64,000 nt of DNA from a virus (IMGVR_UViG_3300027126_000001), one strand, 5' to 3'; shown: positions 1 through 5,369, counted from the first letter of the stretch. Made by a program: numbers and translations. The notes: generated by a model from the sequence alone, not told the origin.

Positions 1-4
1 TTTG

Positions 5-73
5 TAGCGTAGCGTGGACTCGAACCACCCCCCAAGCTTATGAGACTTAGATGCAACCTTTACACTTTAACGC
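5..73 (-). tRNA. tRNA-Met(CAT), weak acceptor stem with 1:72 mismatch (possibly initiator-like or degenerate)
   Basis: Minus strand: TAAGT-CTCATAA-GCTTG anticodon arm, GGTGG-TTCGAGT-CCAC T arm; only 4 of 7 acceptor pairs. Confidence 0.65.
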
Positions 74-83
74 AGTTTATAAG

Positions 84-155
84 CGGCTCTAGAGGGAATC
101 GAACCCTCGTCTCCTGGGCGACAACCAAGCATCCATACCACTGGACCATAGAGCC
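84..155 (-). tRNA. tRNA-Asp(GTC)
   Basis: Cloverleaf; loop TTGTCGC; T loop TTCGATT. Confidence 0.9.
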
Positions 156-210
156 AAATTACTTGTCTGTTCCAAGTTGTCAAACCTGTCAAGAGTCGGT
201 TAAGCTTCAG

Positions 211-282
211 TGGAGCTATGGAGAATCGAACTCCAATTTATGATTTGCAAAACCATCGTAATAGCCGTTATACTATAGCCCC
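211..282 (-). tRNA. tRNA-Ala(TGC)
   Basis: GGGGCTA/TAGCTCC acceptor with G3:U70; ATGGT-TTTGCAA-ATCAT. Confidence 0.9.
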
Positions 283-917
283 TTATTTATTTTTCTTCCT
301 AATCTCCATCCTTCTGGGATTGTTTCTCCTTTGTATATTTTTTTGTTTGAATATTCATCAGTGATCCAACAAGTTCCGTATTGAGAATTACTACTTCCTT
401 TTCCTGCTCCTTTATGAGATTCTTTCATTTTTTGAATAGTTTCAGGTGTGTGCTTTTTTCCTGTGAAGGTATCGTACTTTACTTTTCCTTCTCTATGCAA
501 TCTCTTTACTCCTTCTTGTCTTACTCGGATCATTTTCTCTCTGTACTCTGAGTCTTTCCATCTTTCTTTTAGTAAAGCACTAACTATTTTTTGACCTTTC
601 TCCCAATCCTCTTTTGTAAATCCTCCACTACCTCCTGATTTTAAATTTAAACAGTTTGGATTTTTTAAATCCTGTTCTGTTATTAAATTAATTTCAGCTT
701 GAACTAATTCCTCTCTTGAATTAAATTGCTCCAGTATTTCAAATTTAAAATTGTCTCTACCGTACTTATTTAATTCATAATACAATCTCTTACCACTTCC
801 TAAATACCCGTCATCTATACGGTTAGTTGAATGCATTCCCAAGTAATATCTACCGTTTATAAGATTTGTTGTCTTATAAGTGTAGTGATATTTTTTATTC
901 TCTTTGATGTTAGCCAT
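273..917 (-). CDS. GIY-YIG homing endonuclease (SegB-like) with NUMOD3-like motif, inside the tRNA array
   Basis: YTYKTTNLINGRYYLGMHST...YLGSG; KKHTPETIQKMKESHKG; start moved to MANIK (917) because the longer ORF overlaps tRNA-Glu. Confidence 0.85.
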   Translation of the reverse strand: MANIKENKKYHYTYKTTNLINGRYYLGMHSTNRIDDGYLGSGKRLYYELNKYGRDNFKFEILEQFNSREELVQAEINLITEQDLKNPNCLNLKSGGSGGFTKEDWEKGQKIVSALLKERWKDSEYREKMIRVRQEGVKRLHREGKVKYDTFTGKKHTPETIQKMKESHKGAGKGSSNSQYGTCWITDEYSNKKIYKGETIPEGWRLGRKINKGL

Positions 918-963
918 ATCTATCTTTTCTAATAAATAGGCTAACTTTTCAAAAAGTCTACAG

Positions 964-1035
964 TACTGCGTACGGGATTCGAACCCGTGCCTTATCATAG
1001 AAAGTGATACGTGTTAACCCCTTCACTAACGCAGC
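964..1035 (-). tRNA. tRNA-Glu(TTC)
   Basis: TATCA-CTTTCTA-TGATA; T loop TTCGAAT. Confidence 0.9.
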
Positions 1036-1042
1036 AGTTTTG

Positions 1043-1116
1043 AGCAACATGCCGGTCTCGAACCGGCCTTATTCCACATTGGAAGTGTGGTGCCATACCT
1101 ACTAGGCGAATGTTGC
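1043..1116 (-). tRNA. tRNA-Gly(TCC)
   Basis: CCACA-CTTCCAA-TGTGG; U73. Confidence 0.9.
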
Positions 1117-1204
1117 AATTTGAGGTTAAGAAATCCTCAGTGTTGTGCACGGGAAAATTCTAATGCAATTCATCTCATTCCTTTCTCAAGGGAACAACAC
1201 TTTT
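1117..1204 (-). ncRNA. Structured spacer RNA directly 3' of tRNA-Thr (partial HDV/theta-ribozyme-like layout)
   Basis: GTGTTGT/ACAACAC closing helix, TTCC..GAGA..GGAA hairpin, TGAGG/CCTCA hairpin. Confidence 0.45.
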
Positions 1205-1205
1205 G

Positions 1206-1278
1206 AGCTTCCTACCGGCTACGATCCGATAACCTCTTGTTTACAAAACAAGTGCTCTACCAATTGAGCTAAGGAAGC
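1206..1278 (-). tRNA. tRNA-Thr(TGT), non-canonical T loop ATCGTAG
   Basis: CTTGT-TTTGTAA-ACAAG; D arm TAGCTCAATTGGTAGAGC. Confidence 0.85.
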
Positions 1279-1284
1279 ATTTAA

Positions 1285-1426
1285 TTACAGCCGGTTCTCG
1301 TATCCGTTCTGCAGGTTAGCCCCTGCTGCTTTACTATAAGCTAACTCTAATATTTTTTGTAGGCGACCAGCACTCCGGTCCTTCTGAGACATGAAGTCTA
1401 TCCATATCCTGTAATCAGGTCCTACA
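1285..1426 (-). ncRNA. Two structured spacer elements between tRNA-Leu and tRNA-Thr
   Basis: TGTAGG/CCTACA-closed multibranch fold (1358-1426); GTTAGC/GCTAAC plus TTATAGT/GCTGTAA pseudoknot-like pairings (1285-1347). Confidence 0.45.
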
Positions 1427-1430
1427 CTTG

Positions 1431-1503
1431 TACCCAAGGAGGGATTCGAACCCTCAATATCTTGATCCTAAGTCTAGCGTGTCTGCCGTTCCACCACTCG
1501 GGC
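1431..1503 (-). tRNA. tRNA-Leu(TAG) with short 5-nt variable loop
   Basis: Leu-type D arm TGGTGGAACGGCAGACACG; loop CTTAGGA; variable ATATT; 73 nt. Confidence 0.8.
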
Positions 1504-1520
1504 AATTAATTTCTTATACT

Positions 1521-1551
1521 TAAATATACGAACTATATTTCTAATATCCAA
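1521..1551 (-). promoter_or_regulatory. Bacteroidota-type promoter TTG-N20-TATATTTA
   Basis: Same motif and 20-nt spacing at 13 sites in the window. Confidence 0.75.
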
Positions 1552-1572
1552 GCTTTTTTTAATTTATTTTTG

Positions 1573-1643
1573 AGGGCAGTGTTGGAATCGAACCAACCTA
1601 ACAGAGTTTGCAATCCTGTGCCTAACCAATCGGCCAACTGCCC
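1573..1643 (-). tRNA. tRNA-Cys(GCA)
   Basis: GGGCAGT/ACTGCCC, U73, loop TTGCAAA. Confidence 0.85.
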
Positions 1644-1647
1644 CTTA

Positions 1648-1731
1648 TAAAATAGTCGCTCTACCATTACAGCTAAATCTTGGTCATCACGATTACGATT
1701 GTTGGAATCGAACCAACGTCCTACTATTTTA
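1648..1731 (-). ncRNA. Circularly permuted tRNA-like RNA (YrlA/Y RNA-like architecture)
   Basis: TAAAATAGT-AGGAC-[GTTGG TTCGATT CCAAC]-closed acceptor-like segment-[TAGCTGTAATGGTAGAGC]-G-ACTATTTTA; 9-bp terminal helix sits where the anticodon stem would be. Confidence 0.7.
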
Positions 1732-1747
1732 ATTTCTTTCTTATACT

Positions 1748-1778
1748 TAAATATACGAACTTTATTTTTAATATCCAA
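1748..1778 (-). promoter_or_regulatory. Bacteroidota-type promoter upstream of the permuted RNA and tRNA-Cys
   Basis: TTG-gatattaaaaataaagttcg-TATATTTA, nearly identical to 1521-1551. Confidence 0.75.
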
Positions 1779-2489
1779 CTAAAAGAATAAAAATGTTTCC
1801 CATTCTTTAGGAATATCTTGAACCTGTCTTAGTAACATTAAATAATGTGGTCGTTTAGGTTCTGGGATATCTTTTCCATATTCTTCTAATGTTAAATCTG
1901 CTTTTTCATGATTACATGTTCTGCAAGCTGTAACTAAATTATCCCATGAATCTTTTCCTCCTTTTGATTGAGGAATAACATGATCTAATGTTAGTGTTCT
2001 TTGATTTGAACTACCACAGTAAACACATTCATAATTATCTCTCTTATAGACGTTTTCTCTATTTAGAGGTACTTTGTGAATATTTTGTTTAACATAACTA
2101 AATACTCTAATGATAGAAGGTTTAAAAATTTCCAATTTTGGATTTACTAAACCAAATGTTTCTGGATGTTCAGCTATTACTTCTGCATTACCTTTGTAAG
2201 AAATCACAAATGCTCTTTCTACTGGTATGATACTTCTGGCGATAAAGCTCGAATCCACTACTAGTGCTTTTTGATACTTACTCATGATAACTTGTTTTAA
2301 AGGTTTATATTGTGTTTTTCTGTTGTACTTCCAAGTTTTATGTTCTCGGTATTTATGGTTAAACTGACCTTTTCTGTAATAAACACCCTCATCCCAATAA
2401 GGTGGGTATTCAAATTTTAATAGGATTAATTTATAATCTTTAGAACAAGTTGCTTTGTTCAATCTTTGCCTGTTAGTGCGTGTACTCAT
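1779..2489 (-). CDS. McrA-like HNH endonuclease (core probably from Met at 2285), in frame with an N-terminal basic ~62-aa peptide
   Basis: RDNYECVYCG...LTLDHVIPQSKGGKDSWDNLVTACRTCNHEK. Confidence 0.85.
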   Translation of the reverse strand: MSTRTNRQRLNKATCSKDYKLILLKFEYPPYWDEGVYYRKGQFNHKYREHKTWKYNRKTQYKPLKQVIMSKYQKALVVDSSFIARSIIPVERAFVISYKGNAEVIAEHPETFGLVNPKLEIFKPSIIRVFSYVKQNIHKVPLNRENVYKRDNYECVYCGSSNQRTLTLDHVIPQSKGGKDSWDNLVTACRTCNHEKADLTLEEYGKDIPEPKRPHYLMLLRQVQDIPKEWETFLFF

Positions 2490-2515
2490 TTTGCTCGAAT
2501 TTTAGGTTAATAAAC

Positions 2516-2767
2516 CTAATGAGCATCGAATTCTATTTTCATAATTAATTTTATTAAATATTTTAAATCTTCAATTGAATTAATAGTATTATTAAATTTT
2601 AAAAATCTATTTTGATTTTGAATTAATTCGATTGTTAACCAATTTTCTACAGACCAATTATTCTGTAAAAAATGAATTTTAAATTCATTAAAAATATAAA
2701 TTCCTGAATTATAATGTAATTCTTTAAAATTATTTTTTATTAATAATTCTCTAATATCTAGTCTCAT
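2516..2767 (-). CDS. Hypothetical protein
   Basis: 83-aa ORF filling an AT-rich gap in the array; no motif. Confidence 0.5.
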   Translation of the reverse strand: MRLDIRELLIKNNFKELHYNSGIYIFNEFKIHFLQNNWSVENWLTIELIQNQNRFLKFNNTINSIEDLKYLIKLIMKIEFDAH

Positions 2768-2866
2768 AACTTTTTTTATGATTTTTTAAAATCTTAATTT
2801 CTTCCGGAGAAACTGTTAAGGGGTAGCCTAACGGAATTTGACCCTTAATCTGTTCTCCTTCTTCTG

Positions 2867-2937
2867 CGCAGACCGTAGGAATCGAACCTACCCGTAGCAG
2901 TTTTGGAGACCGTACCGACACCTTGTCTGTGACCCGC
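2867..2937 (-). tRNA. tRNA-Trp(CCA)
   Basis: Loop CTCCAAA; G73; T loop TTCGATT. Confidence 0.85.
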
Positions 2938-3030
2938 ATTTGTAGAGTATCGCTTACTCTACCAAAGTTGATCAGACTTCTTTAATAGCTCTTTTGATAT
3001 AATCATCTGTCTATCCATGCGATTTTTTTG

Positions 3031-3102
3031 TACCCCATCCAGGAATCGAACCTAGAACTAATCTTTAGAAGAGATTCGTTATATCCGTTTAACTAATAGG
3101 GC
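3031..3102 (-). tRNA. tRNA-Arg(TCT)
   Basis: AATCT-CTTCTAA-AGATT. Confidence 0.9.
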
Positions 3103-3107
3103 AGTTG

Positions 3108-3179
3108 AGGTCCTAAAAGGGATCGAACCTTTGTTGTATCGTTCGTAGCGATAAGTTTTTCCAATTAAACTATAAGACC
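3108..3179 (-). tRNA. tRNA-Arg(ACG)
   Basis: TATCG-CTACGAA-CGATA. Confidence 0.9.
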
Positions 3180-3185
3180 AATTTT

Positions 3186-3258
3186 GGGTGATTCCGGGTT
3201 TCGAACCCTGTTCTCTTCATTCACAGTGAAGCACTTTACCAATTAAGCTAGAACCACC
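3186..3258 (-). tRNA. tRNA-His(GTG)
   Basis: CTTCA-CTGTGAA-TGAAG; C73. Confidence 0.85.
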
Positions 3259-3264
3259 ATATTG

Positions 3265-3333
3265 TACCGACTACAAGTTACGCTCTTGTCTGAGAATACT
3301 TATGAGATATTCTCGATCCTAGATCAAGTCGGT
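3265..3333 (-). tRNA. Aberrant tRNA-Met(CAT)-like RNA (69 nt, minimal D arm, T loop AGCGTAA)
   Basis: Perfect ACCGACT/AGTCGGT acceptor; 8-bp GAGAATAT/GTATTCTC stem with CTCATAA loop. Confidence 0.65.
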
Positions 3334-3338
3334 AGTTG

Positions 3339-3423
3339 AGGAAAGCATCGTACTCGAAACGAACCCGTTTTATCGAGCGATTGCCTTAGCAGGGCATCCT
3401 AACACCTTGTCAGTTTACTTTCC
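3339..3423 (-). tRNA. tRNA-Ser(GCT)
   Basis: Loop CTGCTAA; long variable arm. Confidence 0.85.
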
Positions 3424-3429
3424 ATTTTG

Positions 3430-3501
3430 TACTCCTAGGAAGAATTGAACTTCCATTTCATCCTTATCAGAGATGTGTGCTAACCATTCTACTATAGGAG
3501 C
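3430..3501 (-). tRNA. tRNA-Ile(GAT)
   Basis: CATCT-CTGATAA-GGATG. Confidence 0.9.
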
Positions 3502-3509
3502 AATTTTTG

Positions 3510-3584
3510 CTGATCTGACAGGACTCGAACCTGCTATCCTAGGTTTAACAAACCTCCGCTGTATACCACTTAAGCTTCAGATCA
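3510..3584 (-). tRNA. tRNA-Asn(GTT)
   Basis: Loop TTGTTAA; G73. Confidence 0.9.
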
Positions 3585-3588
3585 ATTT

Positions 3589-3760
3589 TGAGCCACATAA
3601 CAGGAATCGAACCTGTCTGCTAAATCTTGTCAAATACTCTCATCTTGTCGACCTTTCAGAGGCATATTCTATTTAACCCTTTATGACTTTCCACCTTACG
3701 TCTAAGACAGTCCATACATACCTGATTAAAAGATCCAGTCGTCACCGTTGACTATGGACT
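3589..3760 (-). pseudogene. Chimeric/degenerate tRNA-like element (Lys-like 5' half, ~100-nt insert, intact T arm)
   Basis: D-arm-like TAGTCAACGGTGACG, loop CTTTTAA, distant ACAGG-TTCGATT-CCTGT. Confidence 0.45.
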
Positions 3761-3766
3761 TGTTTG

Positions 3767-3839
3767 TGGGTCCTGCAGGAATCGAACCTGCTCCTTTCGC
3801 TCTTCAGGCGGACGTACGAACCATCTATACGAAAGACCC
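3767..3839 (-). tRNA. tRNA-Phe(GAA)
   Basis: Loop CTGAAGA; GGGTCTT/AGGACCC acceptor. Confidence 0.9.
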
Positions 3840-3978
3840 ATACTCCCTTCGTTGGTACTTGCCGTTTCTTAAGTCGACACTTTCCCCGTGCTTGTTTTAT
3901 TTAAGTGTACTTCCCTACTGGGAACCTGAAGTCAACACTTTTTGTGTATCTTAAGATACTCTGTCGTGAGAAACGTTG

Positions 3979-4060
3979 TGGAACCTGGTGGACTCGAACC
4001 ACTCCCTATAAGGACGAGATTTACAGTCTCGCTGTCGTATCCGAACGACTTTCAGTTTCC
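3979..4060 (-). tRNA. tRNA-Tyr(GTA)
   Basis: CGAGA-CTGTAAA-TCTCG; long variable arm. Confidence 0.9.
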
Positions 4061-4068
4061 AATTTTTG

Positions 4069-4139
4069 TACCTCGTGATGGTTACGCTCCACCGCCTTTT
4101 GAATGTAAATCAAAAACGCTTCTATTACGCCAACGAGGC
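4069..4139 (-). tRNA. tRNA-Val(TAC), non-canonical T loop AGCGTAA
   Basis: TTTGA-TTTACAT-TCAAA; GCCTCGT/ACGAGGT acceptor. Confidence 0.75.
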
Positions 4140-4147
4140 AATTTTTG

Positions 4148-4219
4148 TACCCCCACCAAGAATCGAACTTGGATTCCTATATTAAAAGTATAGTACTTTA
4201 GCCGTTAAGTTATAGGGGC
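4148..4219 (-). tRNA. tRNA-Lys(TTT)
   Basis: CTATA-CTTTTAA-TATAG. Confidence 0.9.
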
Positions 4220-4225
4220 AATTTG

Positions 4226-4301
4226 TCTGATAGGCAAGATTCGAACTTGCGTGCTCTGCGGTCCAAGTGCAGCGAGATAAACCGGACTCCTCTACTACCA
4301 G
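4226..4301 (-). tRNA. tRNA-Pro(TGG)
   Basis: Loop CTTGGAC; D loop GGAGTCCGGTTTATC. Confidence 0.9.
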
Positions 4302-4310
4302 AAATTATTG

Positions 4311-4382
4311 ATGGCTTATCGGGATTCGAACCCAAACTAAAACAGTCAAAGTGTTTTGTGCTAACCGTTACACTATAAGCCA
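4311..4382 (-). tRNA. tRNA-Gln(TTG)
   Basis: AAACA-CTTTGAC-TGTTT. Confidence 0.9.
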
Positions 4383-4388
4383 ATGTTG

Positions 4389-4482
4389 CGGAGAATATAG
4401 GATTCGAACCCATACACCCTTTTAATGATCGACGCATTTCAAGTGCGCTGCCGGTACCCAGAATCTTTCGGCTTAATCCTCC
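4389..4482 (-). tRNA. tRNA-Ser(TGA) with enlarged D loop
   Basis: GCGCA-CTTGAAA-TGCGT; long variable arm; G73. Confidence 0.85.
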
Positions 4483-4532
4483 TTAATTTTATCTCAATAT
4501 GTCAATGAACTCTTATTCTTTATTTCTATACT

Positions 4533-4563
4533 TAAAGATACGATCTTTATTTCTTTCTAGCAA
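4533..4563 (-). promoter_or_regulatory. Promoter at the head of the tRNA array
   Basis: TTG-N20-TATCTTTA. Confidence 0.75.
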
Positions 4564-4583
4564 CTTTTTTTTTAATTTATTTC

Positions 4584-4620
4584 AAAAAAAAACCCGAATC
4601 TTTTTTAATTGATCCGGGTT
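4584..4620 (-). terminator. Intrinsic terminator (candidate attenuator)
   Basis: AACCCGGATC/GATTCGGGTT hairpin followed by a T run. Confidence 0.8.
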
Positions 4621-4653
4621 CTTATTAGAATTTGTATGTTATAATTTTTTATA

Positions 4654-4800
4654 TCATATCCCGGTTTTGGTTGTTTTCGGTTCGTTATTATATGCGCTAA
4701 AGCCCATAATCACATCACCACATAATATCTGCGACCACGTATTAAGTGCTCTACTCATTATTGTAGTTAAATCTTGATGTATGTTCTGTATTGTTTTCAT
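4654..4800 (-). CDS. 48-aa putative leader peptide (absent from ORF track)
   Basis: MKTIQNIHQDLTTIMSRALNTWSQILCGDVIMGFSAYNNEPKTTKTGI; own promoter at 4820-4850; stop ~35 nt before terminator. Confidence 0.6.
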   Translation of the reverse strand: MKTIQNIHQDLTTIMSRALNTWSQILCGDVIMGFSAYNNEPKTTKTGI

Positions 4801-4819
4801 TTTATTTGCTTTCTATATA

Positions 4820-4850
4820 TAAATATATGAACTTTTCCATTCCAGTCCAA
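4820..4850 (-). promoter_or_regulatory. Bacteroidota-type promoter
   Basis: TTG-N20-TATATTTA. Confidence 0.75.
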
Positions 4851-4877
4851 CTATATTTTAATTTTTTTTTCTTTTTA

Positions 4878-5309
4878 TTATTCTATTGTTAGCATTTGCA
4901 TTATTGCTGGATCTAGGTACTTTGGTATTAATGCTTTATATACTCTTGATCTTTCCTTGCTTGTACCTGTTACGTTTAACTTTTCTACTTGATCTCCGTA
5001 CTCTCTTACAAACTGTTCTATAATTTTACATATAGTTTGTAGTATGCTGTAAATCCTTCCCTCTCCTGTTAATTCAAACGTATCAAGTTTGTATCCGTAT
5101 CCTTTATCTAATCCAAAACTTATATCAAAAGTTTTATCTTCTGGCATGTATTCTCCTGAATAGAAAGATACCTTATATTGATTATCCGGTGTTGTAAATG
5201 TATAATCTACTGAAAGTATAGTGTCATCATCTTCCATTTCATCATATGTGATATCATGCTCTTTAAATGGAAAGATTTCTTCTTTTAGTAATTCAGCTAA
5301 TTTAATCAT
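4878..5309 (-). CDS. Hypothetical protein with MIKLAELLKEE leader
   Basis: 143-aa ORF, promoter-like site at 5327-5357 (CTG-N20-TATATTTA). Confidence 0.75.
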   Translation of the reverse strand: MIKLAELLKEEIFPFKEHDITYDEMEDDDTILSVDYTFTTPDNQYKVSFYSGEYMPEDKTFDISFGLDKGYGYKLDTFELTGEGRIYSILQTICKIIEQFVREYGDQVEKLNVTGTSKERSRVYKALIPKYLDPAIMQMLTIE

Positions 5310-5369
5310 TGTGTTTTTATATATTATAAATATACGAACTTTTATTTTAAAAAACAGTAGTTTAATTTG

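Noticed and set aside
1385-1400. Selenocysteine/opal suppressor tRNA (CTTCATG loop)
   Set aside because: No T arm and only a 3-4 bp stem; no sign of TGA recoding in the ORFs
1533-1778. 81-aa minus-strand ORF
   Set aside because: Overlaps tRNA-Cys, the permuted RNA and a promoter; its start lies at the -33 element
3589-3760. tmRNA
   Set aside because: Only ~170 nt, no GGGG 5' end pairing with the 3' end, no tag reading frame
3891-3940. preQ1-I riboswitch (A-rich TTAAATAAAACAAG tail after a hairpin)
   Set aside because: Loop too long, no clear P2 pairing, and it is 3.4 kb downstream of queC rather than in a 5' UTR
40-4437. ORFs 40-243, 2751-2939, 3473-3676, 3748-3954, 3942-4193 and 4210-4437
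   Set aside because: All overlap clear tRNA genes
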